Source: an uncultured Polaribacter sp.
Lineage (GTDB): Bacteria; Bacteroidota; Bacteroidia; Flavobacteriales; Flavobacteriaceae
Assembly: GCA_943787375.1 (NCBI GenBank)
Contig: CALSME010000004.1
Location: 88,016-152,015, forward strand
DNA length: 64,000 nt
Direction: 5' to 3'
Part shown: one piece after another, positions 47,815 to 58,885 of the stretch
Layout of the letters: every line of letters begins with the position of its first letter
How positions within the stretch are numbered: position 1 is the stretch's first letter
Notes under the pieces: model-generated
The model's input: the letters and a program-made list of their open reading frames with translations, nothing else
Databases searched by the model: none
What the model was told of the DNA's origin: nothing
Translations under genes and position numbers: made by a program

Positions 47815-48279
47815 ATGAAAATTTATACCCTTCACAAAAAACTAAAGCTCCCGATTACTTTAGACGAAGCATGGGATTTTTTATCCAATCCCAAAAACTT
47901 AAAAATTATCACGCCCGATTCCATGAGTTTTAATATCGTTTCAACGATAGATAGGCCCTTATATACAGGACAAATCATTCAATACATCGTTACTCCATTG
48001 TTGGGTATTAAAACCAAATGGGTTTCTGAAATAACACATATTGAAGAAAAAAAATATTTTGTAGATGAGCAAATGTATGGCCCTTATGCACTTTGGCATC
48101 ACAAGCACTTTATAAAGGAAGTTGAAGGCGGCGTAGAAATGGAAGACATTATCGATTACAAAGTTCCCTTAGGAATTTTGGGGCAGCTCGTACACCCTAT
48201 TTTAGTGAAACCAAAATTGGAAGAAATATTTTCTTACCGACAAAAAAAGTTAGTTGAACTTTTTGGAACCTACAAATAA
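47815..48279 (+). CDS. SRPBCC/START-fold ligand-binding protein
   Basis: AWDFLSNPKNLKIITP, FVDEQMYGPYALWHHKH, IFSYRQ. Confidence 0.88.
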   Translation: MKIYTLHKKLKLPITLDEAWDFLSNPKNLKIITPDSMSFNIVSTIDRPLYTGQIIQYIVTPLLGIKTKWVSEITHIEEKKYFVDEQMYGPYALWHHKHFIKEVEGGVEMEDIIDYKVPLGILGQLVHPILVKPKLEEIFSYRQKKLVELFGTYK

Positions 48280-49586
48280 TGAAAGAACAGATACAGCTTT
48301 TTTGGTTTCGGAGAGACTTGCGATTGAACGATAACTGCGGATTATTTCATGCTTTAAATAGCGGTAAAAAAGTACTTCCAATCTTTATTTTTGATGAAGA
48401 CATCCTATCTCGATTGCCCGACAATGATGCACGTGTAAGTTTTTTGCATCAGGAGTTGGCGAATATCAATACACAATTGAATGAAATTGGCACTAGCTTG
48501 GCCGTATTTCATGGGAAACCAATTGAAATATACAAGCAATTACTAGAAAAATATAACGTAGAAACGGTCTTCACAAATCATGACTATGAACCCTATGCAC
48601 TTCAGAGAGACGCAACAATTAAAGCCTTTCTAGCGTCAAAAAATACAGGGTTTAACACCTATAAAGATCAAGTAATTTTTGAGCGAAATGAAATTGTAAA
48701 AAAGGATGGTACTGCCTATAAAGTATACACCCCCTATTCCAAAAAATGGCTCGAAGCGTTTCATCACAAAGGCATTCAATTTTTTCCTTCTGAAGAAAAA
48801 CTGGATGGATTGGTGCAAACTACAGATCACCCATTTTTAAGTCTTGGTGATATCGGATTTCAACCTTCAACCATAAAAGTGGCTTCCTATAAAGTTACTC
48901 CGAAATTGATAGATGCTTATGAAGAAACCCGAAACTTCCCTGCAAAAGACAGTACTTCCAAATTAGGCACACATTTGCGTTTTGGAACAGTAAGTGTTCG
49001 AGAAATGGTTGCTAAAGCCTCGAAGAGCAATAACATTGTTTTTTTGAAAGAATTGATCTGGAGAGAGTTTTTTATGCAAATTTTATGGCATTATCCACAT
49101 ACCACTAAAGACAGTTTCAAACCTCAATATGACCGAATTCTTTGGAGAAACAATGAAGAAGAATTTAAAAAATGGTGTGCTGGAGAAACAGGATATCCAC
49201 TGGTAGACGCAGGAATGCGAGAACTCAACCAAACAGGGTTTATGCACAACAGAGTGCGCATGCTAGTGGGAAGTTTTTTGTGCAAGCACCTTTTAATCGA
49301 TTGGCGTTTTGGCGAAGCCTATTTTGCAGAAAAATTGCACGATTACGAGCAGTCTAGCAATGTTGGAAACTGGCAATGGGTTGCAGGATGTGGTGTAGAT
49401 GCGGCTCCGTATTTCAGAATCTTCAACCCAACCACCCAAATTCAGAAATTTGACAAAGATCTAACCTATATCAAAAAATGGGTTCCTGATTTTCAAGAGC
49501 TTACCTACCCTGCACAAATGGTCGATCATAAACTGGCAAGAGAACGTTGTTTAACTACCTATAAAGAAGCATTGAATAGCACCTAA
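48279..49586 (+). CDS. phr: CPD deoxyribodipyrimidine photolyase (class I/III type)
   Basis: WFRRDLRLNDN, ELIWREF, GFMHNRVRM, DYEQSSNVGNWQW, APYFRIFNP. Confidence 0.93.
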   Translation: MKEQIQLFWFRRDLRLNDNCGLFHALNSGKKVLPIFIFDEDILSRLPDNDARVSFLHQELANINTQLNEIGTSLAVFHGKPIEIYKQLLEKYNVETVFTNHDYEPYALQRDATIKAFLASKNTGFNTYKDQVIFERNEIVKKDGTAYKVYTPYSKKWLEAFHHKGIQFFPSEEKLDGLVQTTDHPFLSLGDIGFQPSTIKVASYKVTPKLIDAYEETRNFPAKDSTSKLGTHLRFGTVSVREMVAKASKSNNIVFLKELIWREFFMQILWHYPHTTKDSFKPQYDRILWRNNEEEFKKWCAGETGYPLVDAGMRELNQTGFMHNRVRMLVGSFLCKHLLIDWRFGEAYFAEKLHDYEQSSNVGNWQWVAGCGVDAAPYFRIFNPTTQIQKFDKDLTYIKKWVPDFQELTYPAQMVDHKLARERCLTTYKEALNST

Positions 49587-49675
49587 TATCATATTTTTCT
49601 GAATTTAAAAAATAAACGAAGAATGTTTTGGTGGTTCTCTAAAAAACGCATTAATTTGCCGTCTCTTAATTAAAA

Positions 49676-49749
49676 GCCGATGTAGCTCAGCTGGCTAGAG
49701 CAGCTGATTTGTAATCAGCAGGTCGTGGGTTCGAGTCCCTCTATCGGCT
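49676..49749 (+). tRNA. tRNA-Thr(UGU)
   Basis: GCCGATG/TATCGGC acceptor, GCTGA-TT-TGT-AA-TCAGC anticodon arm, GGTTCGAGTCC. Confidence 0.95.
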
Positions 49750-49750
49750 C

Positions 49751-49782
49751 AAAAAGTTCTTTCAAATGAAAGAACTTTTTTT
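49751..49782 (+). terminator. Terminator after tRNA-Thr
   Basis: AAAAAGTTCTTTC-aaat-GAAAGAACTTTTTTT. Confidence 0.8.
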
Positions 49783-49838
49783 ATGCACATTAATCACGAT
49801 TTTTTATTTAAATTTGTTCAGAATCATTTATAAAATTA

Positions 49839-50456
49839 ATGTCGAACAATATGCTCATTATTGGAATTGCAGGAGGTACTGGAAGCGGAAAAACTACGGT
49901 AGTAAATCAGATTATAAACCAACTTCCCACCAACGAAGTTTGTGTCATATCACAAGATTCTTACTACAAAGCAACCGATGAATTGTCTTATGATGAAAGG
50001 ATAAAAATCAATTTTGATCATCCAAGAGCCATCGATTTTGAACTATTGGTACAACACCTAAAAAGTCTTAAAAAAGGGGAAATTGTGGAGCAACCTGTTT
50101 ATTCCTTTGTAGCCCATAACCGAACGAGCGATACCGTAAAAACACATCCACGAAAAGTAATTATAGTAGAAGGCATCTTAATCTTTAATAGTGAAGAATT
50201 GCGAAACCTCTTTGATATTAAAATATTTGTCCATGCAGAAACCGATGAACGACTGATTCGAAGATTGCGAAGAGACATCACCGAACGTGGTAGAGATATT
50301 AATGAAGTTTTAAATCGATATCAAGATACCTTAAAACCCATGCATCAACAATTTATTGAACCGACTAAAAACTATGCCGATATTATCATACCAAACGATC
50401 GTTTCAATACCGTTGCCATCGATATTGTAAGAACTGTCATCAACGAACGTTTATAA
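49839..50456 (+). CDS. udk: Uridine kinase
   Basis: GIAGGTGSGKTT, SQDSYY, NFDHP, IEPTKNYADII. Confidence 0.96.
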   Translation: MSNNMLIIGIAGGTGSGKTTVVNQIINQLPTNEVCVISQDSYYKATDELSYDERIKINFDHPRAIDFELLVQHLKSLKKGEIVEQPVYSFVAHNRTSDTVKTHPRKVIIVEGILIFNSEELRNLFDIKIFVHAETDERLIRRLRRDITERGRDINEVLNRYQDTLKPMHQQFIEPTKNYADIIIPNDRFNTVAIDIVRTVINERL

Positions 50457-50462
50457 AATACA

Positions 50463-50783
50463 ATGAATTTCAAGAAAGCAAAAAGCAACTCAAAAATATT
50501 CTCATTACTCACAAATACTTTTGTGCTTATTTTGGTGCCCTTTCTCATTTGGATGCTTTTCTTTGATGAAAACTCCTATATAAACCATCGAAAATACAAT
50601 GCAGAGATAGAAGATTTACAAAATACCATTGAATTTTATAAATCAGAAATTTCAAAAGACAGTACCATTATCAAAAGTTTAAAAGATACAGTAGCCTTAG
50701 AAAAATTTGCTCGCGAAAAGTATTTGATGAAAAAGAAAAATGAGGCGATTTATATGATTGAATTTGATACAATAAAAAAATAA
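50463..50783 (+). CDS. FtsB/DivIC-family septum formation initiator
   Basis: One TM helix, coiled coil, LEKFAREKYLMKK.NE. Confidence 0.88.
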   Translation: MNFKKAKSNSKIFSLLTNTFVLILVPFLIWMLFFDENSYINHRKYNAEIEDLQNTIEFYKSEISKDSTIIKSLKDTVALEKFAREKYLMKKKNEAIYMIEFDTIKK

Positions 50784-52174
50784 TGAAACCATTTCTATTT
50801 GATGAATTTGACACAAAATCTGCAGCGGCTTGGAAACAAAAAATTCAAGTAGACCTGAAAGGATTGGACTACAACGACACACTTCTCTGGAAAACAGAAG
50901 AAGACATTGTTGTAAAACCCTTTTATACGGTAGCAGATCGAAAAGCACTTCCTATAGACCTACCAACGAGTTCTTTTGCTGTTTGTCAAACGATTTTTGT
51001 AGATGACGAGAAAATAGCCAATTCACTCGCCGTAGATGCTTTAAAAAGAGGTGCAAATGCCCTACAATTTATTGCAAATAAGAAATTTGATTGTGTCGCA
51101 TTATTAGAAAAAATCGACCTTGAAGCGACCAAACTTTTTTTCAAACTACATTTTTTGGATGAAAAATTTGTCGAAAAATTATCAAAGATTACCGCATTAG
51201 CAACCCCCTTTTTTCAAATAGACATTCTAGGAAACTTGGCAGAAACTGGAAATTGGTATGACAATTTAAAGGCAGATTTCAAAATCTTAAATGCCATTTC
51301 TAAAACAACAGCGCAAGCCATTTGTGTAGATGTTTCTCTGTATGAAAATGCAGGTGCAGGGTGTGTTCAACAACTGGCCTATGCCCTATCGCACACCAAT
51401 GAATACCTAGAAAACTTGGCAGAAGGTGCCGTTAAAAACATTCATTTTATCTTTTCTGTACGCGGAAATTATTTTTTCGAAATCGCGAAATTAAGAGCCT
51501 TTCGGATTCTTGTAAAAGCACTTTTCAAAGAATACAATCATACAGACAGTCAGGTTGAAATCTTTGTGCAACCTAGTCTGCGAAATAAAACCATTTTTGA
51601 TTACAATGTGAATATGCTCCGAACTACCTCAGAATGTATGAGTGCTATATTAGGAGGCGCTTCTACCATCTCTAATATTTCTTATGATGCGGTGTATCAC
51701 AAATCAAATGAGTTTGGAGAACGCATCGCGAGAAATCAATTGCTCATTTTAAAAGAAGAAGCCGGTTTTAACCAAGGGCAGAGCTTTGCAGAAGGAAGCT
51801 ACTATATTGAAGCTATAAGCAATCAATTGGCTGCAAAAGGATTGGCATTATTTCAACAATTGGAAAAAAAAGGAGGTTTTTTAAAATTGTTAAAAGACGG
51901 CGTTATTCAACAAAAAATAAGCGAAAAGGCTCGAAAAGAACAGGCCAAGTTTGACGCGCAAGAACGGCGTCTTTTGGGCACTAATTTACATGCAAATACA
52001 AGCAACAAAATGCTTGCTGATATCGAGTTATATCCGTTTGTAAAAAAGCGAAACATAAAAACGCTTTTGATTCCAATTACCAGAAATCGCTTGTCGGAAA
52101 CCTACGAAAAGGAACGCTTAGAAAACGAAAAAAAATCGCTTCAAAAGCAACAAATAAAAACTTCTAATGGCTAG
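50783..52174 (+). CDS. mutA: Methylmalonyl-CoA mutase small (beta) subunit
   Basis: [36 protein letters not shown]; no B12-binding domain. Confidence 0.88.
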   Translation: MKPFLFDEFDTKSAAAWKQKIQVDLKGLDYNDTLLWKTEEDIVVKPFYTVADRKALPIDLPTSSFAVCQTIFVDDEKIANSLAVDALKRGANALQFIANKKFDCVALLEKIDLEATKLFFKLHFLDEKFVEKLSKITALATPFFQIDILGNLAETGNWYDNLKADFKILNAISKTTAQAICVDVSLYENAGAGCVQQLAYALSHTNEYLENLAEGAVKNIHFIFSVRGNYFFEIAKLRAFRILVKALFKEYNHTDSQVEIFVQPSLRNKTIFDYNVNMLRTTSECMSAILGGASTISNISYDAVYHKSNEFGERIARNQLLILKEEAGFNQGQSFAEGSYYIEAISNQLAAKGLALFQQLEKKGGFLKLLKDGVIQQKISEKARKEQAKFDAQERRLLGTNLHANTSNKMLADIELYPFVKKRNIKTLLIPITRNRLSETYEKERLENEKKSLQKQQIKTSNG

Positions 52175-54227
52175 GAAAAATCTTCAACATCTAAAATTAG
52201 CCTACTCAAAAAATGAGGAAGCACGTTTTTTACATGAACATTTTATTGCTGGATCTGCACCCAATTTGCGCGGTCCATATAGCACCATGTACGTCAAAAA
52301 ACCATGGACAATTCGACAATATGCTGGTTTTTCTACTGCCGAGGAAAGCAATGCTTTTTATCGAAGGAATTTAGAAGCCGGTCAAAAAGGACTTTCTGTA
52401 GCCTTTGATTTGGCCACACACCGTGGCTATGATTCCGATCATGAGCGGGTACAAGGCGATGTGGGAAAAGCAGGGGTTGCAATAGATTCTGTGGAAGACA
52501 TGAAAATTTTATTTGACCAAATTCCGTTGGATAAAATGTCGGTTTCTATGACCATGAACGGCGCTGTACTGCCCATTTTAGCCTTTTATATTGTGGCAGC
52601 ACAGGAACAAGGGGTGGCTTTGGAACAGCTTTCTGGGACCATTCAAAATGATATTTTAAAGGAGTTTATGGTGCGCAATACCTACATCTATCCTCCTACG
52701 CCTTCGATGAAAATTATTGCTGATATTTTTAAATATACCAGCAAACAAATGCCGAAATACAACTCGATTTCTATTTCTGGCTACCACATGCAAGAGGCGG
52801 GTGCTACCCAAGAAATAGAACTTGCTTATACCTTAGCGGATGGTTTGGAATACCTTCGAAAAGGCATAGAGGCGGGCATGGATATAGATGCTTTTGCTCC
52901 CAGATTGTCTTTCTTTTGGGCCATTGGAATGGACCATTTTAAAGAAATTGCAAAGTTGAGAGCGGGAAGAATGTTGTGGGCCAAAATCGTCAAAAAATTC
53001 AACCCAAAAAATCAAAAATCTTTTGCCTTGAGAACCCATTGCCAAACCAGTGGTTGGAGTTTAACAGCACAAGATCCGTTTAACAATGTTTCGAGAACGG
53101 CTATTGAAGCCATGGCAGCCGTTTTTGGCGGTACACAAAGTTTGCACACCAATGCCTTGGATGAAGCCATTGCGTTGCCCACAGAATTTTCTGCAAGAAT
53201 TGCCAGAAACACTCAAATTTATTTACAAGAAGAAACCGACATTACCAAAACAGTAGACCCTTGGGCAGGGAGTTATTATATGGAGCAGCTTACGGAAGCG
53301 ATTGCCAACAAGGCTTGGAAATTGATTGAAGAAGTAGAAGCTTTGGGTGGGATGACCAATGCCATTGAAAAAGGCATTCCGAAAATGCGTATTGAGGAAG
53401 CTGCTGCAAAAAAGCAAGCAAGAATAGACAGCGGAACGGATGTAATTGTAGGGGTGAATAAATATCCTTTAAAGCAAGAAGATCCGTTGCATATTTTAGA
53501 GGTAGACAATGAGGCCGTTCGGATAGCACAACTAAAAAGATTGGAAGTCTTAAAAAGAACGCGAAATACGGCAGCAGTTCAAAAATCTTTACTAAATTTA
53601 ACCACTGCAGCGAAAACAGGCAACGAAAACTTGTTGGCATTGGCGGTAGAAGCAGCAAAAAACCGAGCTACTTTGGGCGAAATCTCCGATGCTTTGGAAG
53701 TTGTTTTTGGCCGTCACAAAGCGGTTCATAAAACCATCTCTGGCGTGTATAGCAAAGAAATAAAAGAAGATCCATTATTTAAGGAAGCAGCGCTGCTAAC
53801 AGACCAGTTTGCCCAATTGGAAGGCAGGCGTCCAAGAATTATGATTGCAAAACTAGGGCAAGATGGGCATGACAGAGGTGCCAAGGTGGTAGCTACTGGC
53901 TATGCCGATTTGGGTTTTGATGTAGACATTGGTCCGTTGTTTCAAACTCCGCAAGAGGCTGCCAAACAAGCCGTTGAAAATGATGTGCATATTTTAGGAA
54001 TTTCTTCGTTGGCCGCAGGACACAAAACCTTGGTTCCGCAAGTGATTGCAGCTTTAAAAGCTTATGGTAGAGAGGATATTATGGTAATTGTAGGGGGCGT
54101 GATTCCGCCGCAAGATTATCAATTTTTATTTGATGCAGGCGCTGTGGGTATTTTTGGCCCTGGTACTAAAATCGCACAAGCTGCCATCGATCTACTTAGC
54201 ATTTTGATAGATAGTATTCAGGAATAA
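52167..54227 (+). CDS. scpA: Methylmalonyl-CoA mutase catalytic subunit
   Basis: [31 protein letters not shown] (B12 DxHxxG motif). Confidence 0.96.
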   Translation: MARKNLQHLKLAYSKNEEARFLHEHFIAGSAPNLRGPYSTMYVKKPWTIRQYAGFSTAEESNAFYRRNLEAGQKGLSVAFDLATHRGYDSDHERVQGDVGKAGVAIDSVEDMKILFDQIPLDKMSVSMTMNGAVLPILAFYIVAAQEQGVALEQLSGTIQNDILKEFMVRNTYIYPPTPSMKIIADIFKYTSKQMPKYNSISISGYHMQEAGATQEIELAYTLADGLEYLRKGIEAGMDIDAFAPRLSFFWAIGMDHFKEIAKLRAGRMLWAKIVKKFNPKNQKSFALRTHCQTSGWSLTAQDPFNNVSRTAIEAMAAVFGGTQSLHTNALDEAIALPTEFSARIARNTQIYLQEETDITKTVDPWAGSYYMEQLTEAIANKAWKLIEEVEALGGMTNAIEKGIPKMRIEEAAAKKQARIDSGTDVIVGVNKYPLKQEDPLHILEVDNEAVRIAQLKRLEVLKRTRNTAAVQKSLLNLTTAAKTGNENLLALAVEAAKNRATLGEISDALEVVFGRHKAVHKTISGVYSKEIKEDPLFKEAALLTDQFAQLEGRRPRIMIAKLGQDGHDRGAKVVATGYADLGFDVDIGPLFQTPQEAAKQAVENDVHILGISSLAAGHKTLVPQVIAALKAYGREDIMVIVGGVIPPQDYQFLFDAGAVGIFGPGTKIAQAAIDLLSILIDSIQE

Positions 54228-54542
54228 ACCCTTCATCATCGACACCCCAGCCTTTCCTTCGTGAATTTGCTTTCTACTCCTCGATGCCTTACCGTCCACT
54301 CCGCTCAAAAAACCTGTTTTTAAGCCCTTTTATTTTCTTTTTTTAACGCAACACAAAATCGATATACAGATTTGTATTCTTTTGTTTCAATAATATAACA
54401 ACCTAACTGTAATCACTTTGATTTTTTTTGTTAAAAAATTAAATTAACATTTGTTTATTAAAAATAATTTTTTACTTTTAACCTTCAGAAGAAAATAACA
54501 TTGCAAATCTCCTATTGATAGGATTTATTTTAGAATAAAAAC

Positions 54543-54590
54543 AACCCCGTTTTATGATAAAAAACGGGGTTTTGTGCGTTTGTTTTTTTT
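54543..54590 (+). terminator. Terminator-like hairpin just upstream of the RHS locus
   Basis: AACCCCGTTTT-atgataa-AAAACGGGGTT followed by an interrupted T-rich tract. Confidence 0.6.
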
Positions 54591-54626
54591 AAAAGAAATG
54601 AATTGTGAACATTAAAATAAAAAGAT

Positions 54627-55187
54627 ATGAAAAAAGTGTTGTTGTGTATTTTATTAATCTTCCATGCGGTCGTCTTCTTTTCTCAAGAAAAAAATGGTAT
54701 CGAGCAATTCATCCCATCACAAACACCCGATGTTGTGCTTCCTGAGATTAATCCAGTAAAAGAAGTAAAACGTGTAATTACTGACCGTTTAAAAGACTAT
54801 CGCAGGGATGTTTCAGTATTACTAAAGTGTGCTAATGAAAAACAACAGCAAAAAATCAAAGATTTAGGTTTTGATTTTTCTGAATTACAACGTGGATTAA
54901 ATGTTGTAGCGTCACCGGCTTTAGATATTGTTATGAAAACTAAAGATAATCAGCTAACTAATATTCAACTCTATAATACATATGTAAAGTCTTTAAAGTC
55001 TATAGGCGATGCAGTGAATTATACAGAATTTAATATTAAGTGTCGTTCATTGATTAACACACAACGTTTACTTCGTAAAAAAGATGGAAATCCTAAAACT
55101 TCTCATGAAGATATTATTTCTTTAAATGGGAGAGTATTAACTACATCTCTAGAAAATCAAGTAGAAAAAAATTATATAACTATTTAA
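54627..55187 (+). CDS. Secreted hypothetical protein, first gene of the RHS locus
   Basis: Signal peptide MKKVLLCILLIFHAVVFFS-Q; possible degenerate T9SS-CTD-like segment. Confidence 0.7.
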   Translation: MKKVLLCILLIFHAVVFFSQEKNGIEQFIPSQTPDVVLPEINPVKEVKRVITDRLKDYRRDVSVLLKCANEKQQQKIKDLGFDFSELQRGLNVVASPALDIVMKTKDNQLTNIQLYNTYVKSLKSIGDAVNYTEFNIKCRSLINTQRLLRKKDGNPKTSHEDIISLNGRVLTTSLENQVEKNYITI

Positions 55188-55199
55188 AAATATTAATAA

Positions 55200-58100
55200 A
55201 TGAAAAAGATCCTTTTTACCTCTTTGTTTTTTATGCTTTATACTGTAATTTTTTCACAAGAAACTGAAGGAATTCCTCCATCTCCATCAGTTGCCTCATT
55301 AGTTACAGTTGAAAAAGATTCTGTTAATAGCACAGGTATGATTGTTCAAAGTGTACCACTTTGGAATATGAGTGTAGGGAAATATACTTTCCCCATTCAT
55401 TTAACTTATAGTTCATCTGGAATAAAAGTTGAAGAAATTCCTTCTTATGTGGGAACAGGCTGGAACCTTTCTGCTGGAGGTGTTATTACTAGATCTGTGA
55501 TAGATTTACCTGATGATATGATTAGTTCTTATCATGGTAAAGGTATTTTACATACCGATTTAATGAATAAAATTAAGACCTATGAATCTAACATTACAAA
55601 TTACGGTTATGATGAAACTACAGCTAAAAATTTTTTTAAAAACGAAGTAAATGAAAATATTCAAAAAGACACCAGAAATGACACACAACCTGATGTTTTT
55701 TATTTTAACTTCTTTGGAATACAGGGAAAATTCATCTTTAACCATAATAAAGAAATAGTTAGCTTATCTAATGAAAATTATAAGTTTTCGTACAATCTAG
55801 CATCTGATAATACATTGCTTTCTTTTACTATTACGGATACTCAAGGAATTATTTACACTTTCTCTGAAAGAGAATATTCTGAAACATTATCAACAGGAAA
55901 TACTGCATGGGAGTTTTTGATAAGTAGATCTGTAAGAAAGCGAGAATTAAATTACTATTCTGCTTGGCATTTAAAATCTGTACAAATACCCAATAACAGA
56001 GTTATTAATATTGAATATGAAAATGAAATTATTGAATATTCATTGAGAAATGCAGTTATGGGGAAAATTTGCGACACAGGGCAATGTGAAGATTTAAATA
56101 TAACCGATACACAAGATTTAGACGTTTTAAATCAAACAGAAGGTAATTCAACAGAGTTTGTTGTCAATTCAAAGAAAATTAAAAAAATTAGTGTTGATGA
56201 TTTATTTGAAATCCAATTTTCAAATACCAACCGAGATGACTTAAAAGGAGGTAAAAAGTTAAGTAATATAACTATTAGAGATGTCTTTGGGAATGAAATT
56301 CAAACTTATGGTTTCAATTACTCTTACCTTAACTCTCCAAATATGCCTAGCACAGGCAACTTTGAGTATAGGAGGCTTTTTTTAGAGAAAATTGGGAAAA
56401 ACGGAGATTGTTATAGAAATTTTGAATACTATGAAAATTATGCTTTGCCTCATAGAAAATCTTTTGAACAAGATTTTTGGGGATATTATAATAAAAATGG
56501 AGCAAGCTCTTTAATCCCTAAGGTATATATGGAAAACACACAACAACCATACAAGTACCACATATTTGAACCTTTAAATACTTCATATGTTACTTATGGG
56601 CAAATAGAAAGAAGTGTAAATGAAAACTATATCCATATGGGAATGCTAAAAAAAATAGAATATGCTACCGCTGGATATAAAGAATTTTTTTATGAAGCGA
56701 ATGAATTCACCCATACAGCATATACTAATTCCTCTAGTCCTAGCATAAAAGGAAATGGAGTGCGTCTTCAAAAAATAGAATATTTCAATGGTACAAATAT
56801 AGAAACACTAAATTATTCTTATACAAATCCAAATATGAATATTTCTAGTGGTAAGCTTTCATACCTTCCTAAATTTGCTTCTCATATTCCTTGGAATTTT
56901 GTTTATAATATATCGACTAACTTTATTAATATTTCTAGCCCACGTAGTTCTTATAGTGTAGTAGTAGAAAACTTTTATGACCCTGAGCTACAGCAAAATG
57001 TTACATGCTGGAGGTATAGTAGTTCAAATTCAGAATTGTATAATTATACTCCTTCATATGAAAATCAAAAATATTTTGCAATGACTACGAGAAGATATTC
57101 ATTGTCAGTATTACCATTAGCTACTAATGTTGAAAACCCATTAGCTTATGAATATATCACTTTAAAAGAAGGTAATAATGGTGAAAAAGTATATAAATTT
57201 AATACTTTAGGAGCTTTGGGAGATGATTTGCCTGCTAATTATGATGAAGATAATTTTAAAAACCGAGAATCATATAAAACTTATGATTGGTATACAGACG
57301 ATCCTACTCCATTTCAAACTGGTATTTGTTTTGGGTCACAAGCTCCTCCTTTTGGATCTTGGACTTTAAACTTAGTAAATAATTATGATAGTTATTTAGA
57401 TTTAACTGGTTCATCTCATCCTTTTTCTCCTAAACCAAATTGGAATCGATATTTTGGTACCTTACAAGAATATGCATATATAAATGAGATAGGGTTTAAG
57501 GTATTTAAAGAAGAATACGATTATGGTGTTAAAGGTGATTTTCATAATAGTACTTATAATAACACCTCTAATGTTCCAGAAAAAATAATAGGCTTAAAGC
57601 ATCGATTATTTTCAAGACCTTGGGGGAGAGGTTGGTCTTTTGATCCAGTATTTGCTGGGGCTTCTACTCAGCCCACTATTTGGTTGTGGTCTTTTGAAGA
57701 TAATTTTTACGGTATTGGCTTAGCTCCAGAAAAAGTTATAAGAACTTATTACTTTGAAAATGAAGCTAAAGAAATAGTTACAGAAATAGATTTTAATTAC
57801 AACTGGGGCAATTTATTAACTTCAGAGAGCATCTCTGAGTCTACTGGAGAGAAATACAAAACACATTACAGGTATCCTATCTCCTTTGCTAACAACAATA
57901 ATACCTACGAAAAATTAGTAAATGATAATATTTTTCAAACAATCTCTAATTTTAACTATAGGCAAGATAATGATGTTTCTCCTTTTAAAGTAACTAATGC
58001 AAGTCTTACTGAATATAAAGAGGAAAATGGAATTATTACTTCGTCAAAAACATTTGAATTAGAAAGAGATAATTATTCTTTTAACTATAGTTGGGATTAT

Positions 58101-58862
58101 CCACCTAGCACTAATACTCATTATTCTACTATAAACAAAGATCCAAATTTGAAAGAAAAAGTAGAATATATTAAACACGATAATTATGGTAACTTATTAG
58201 AGTTTAAAAACGAAGGAGGTATAAATACTACATTAGTTTGGGGTTACAACCAAACAAGACCGATAGCAAAAATTGAAAATGCAACTTATAATGAAGTAGA
58301 TTTATGGTTAGATAGAGAATATGACAAGCATTTAGATTACATCCAAAACCTATCCAATAACGACACTAATGAATCCACTGAAAATACACTAAGGTTATGG
58401 TTAGATAAATTAAGAGATGCTGTGTATTCTCAAAAAGAAGGAACTGAGGTTACTACTTTTACCTATAATCCTTTAATAGGAGTTACAAGTATTACTGATG
58501 CACGAGGTGAAATAGCTTTTTATGAATATGATAATTTTAATAGATTAGAACATATAAAAAATGCTGATGGTAAAATACTTAAAAGCTATAAGTATAACTA
58601 TAAGTTGTCTTGTGAACTTGACGATGGCACAAATGATCCTAGTGTAGAATGTGAAACATATACTATACAAGTAATAGGGCATCGTGATGATGATTTTTAT
58701 ACATATTCATATACAAACTGTAACGGTGAAACAGTAAGCGTAGGAGATTACTTTGGTGCTACTGGCAGTTTCACCACTAGTGTATGTGTTAAAAAATACT
58801 CTGGAGGAGTAACAACTTCTGGAATTGCAAGTGCAACAAATACAGGCAATAGCTGTAATTAA
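55200..58862 (+). CDS. Secreted YD/RHS-repeat protein (SpvB/TcB-like N-terminus) without an RHS core
   Basis: Signal peptide; PIHLTYSSSGIKV...VGTGWNLSAGGVITR; QDFWGYYN; YNPLIGVTSITDARGEIAFYEYDNFNRL; Cys-rich tail. Confidence 0.82.
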   Translation: MKKILFTSLFFMLYTVIFSQETEGIPPSPSVASLVTVEKDSVNSTGMIVQSVPLWNMSVGKYTFPIHLTYSSSGIKVEEIPSYVGTGWNLSAGGVITRSVIDLPDDMISSYHGKGILHTDLMNKIKTYESNITNYGYDETTAKNFFKNEVNENIQKDTRNDTQPDVFYFNFFGIQGKFIFNHNKEIVSLSNENYKFSYNLASDNTLLSFTITDTQGIIYTFSEREYSETLSTGNTAWEFLISRSVRKRELNYYSAWHLKSVQIPNNRVINIEYENEIIEYSLRNAVMGKICDTGQCEDLNITDTQDLDVLNQTEGNSTEFVVNSKKIKKISVDDLFEIQFSNTNRDDLKGGKKLSNITIRDVFGNEIQTYGFNYSYLNSPNMPSTGNFEYRRLFLEKIGKNGDCYRNFEYYENYALPHRKSFEQDFWGYYNKNGASSLIPKVYMENTQQPYKYHIFEPLNTSYVTYGQIERSVNENYIHMGMLKKIEYATAGYKEFFYEANEFTHTAYTNSSSPSIKGNGVRLQKIEYFNGTNIETLNYSYTNPNMNISSGKLSYLPKFASHIPWNFVYNISTNFINISSPRSSYSVVVENFYDPELQQNVTCWRYSSSNSELYNYTPSYENQKYFAMTTRRYSLSVLPLATNVENPLAYEYITLKEGNNGEKVYKFNTLGALGDDLPANYDEDNFKNRESYKTYDWYTDDPTPFQTGICFGSQAPPFGSWTLNLVNNYDSYLDLTGSSHPFSPKPNWNRYFGTLQEYAYINEIGFKVFKEEYDYGVKGDFHNSTYNNTSNVPEKIIGLKHRLFSRPWGRGWSFDPVFAGASTQPTIWLWSFEDNFYGIGLAPEKVIRTYYFENEAKEIVTEIDFNYNWGNLLTSESISESTGEKYKTHYRYPISFANNNNTYEKLVNDNIFQTISNFNYRQDNDVSPFKVTNASLTEYKEENGIITSSKTFELERDNYSFNYSWDYPPSTNTHYSTINKDPNLKEKVEYIKHDNYGNLLEFKNEGGINTTLVWGYNQTRPIAKIENATYNEVDLWLDREYDKHLDYIQNLSNNDTNESTENTLRLWLDKLRDAVYSQKEGTEVTTFTYNPLIGVTSITDARGEIAFYEYDNFNRLEHIKNADGKILKSYKYNYKLSCELDDGTNDPSVECETYTIQVIGHRDDDFYTYSYTNCNGETVSVGDYFGATGSFTTSVCVKKYSGGVTTSGIASATNTGNSCN

Positions 58863-58885
58863 ACTCTCAATTAAAAATTCTACAA

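Noticed and set aside
35803-49749. Photolyase cluster as a tRNA-integrated mobile island
   Set aside because: No integrase, no duplicated tRNA 3' end found, and composition looks like the neighbouring core genes
52167-52260. Short N-terminus of methylmalonyl-CoA mutase as a truncation
   Set aside because: The frame is intact, all catalytic and B12 motifs are present and the start overlaps the small-subunit gene; likely lineage variation
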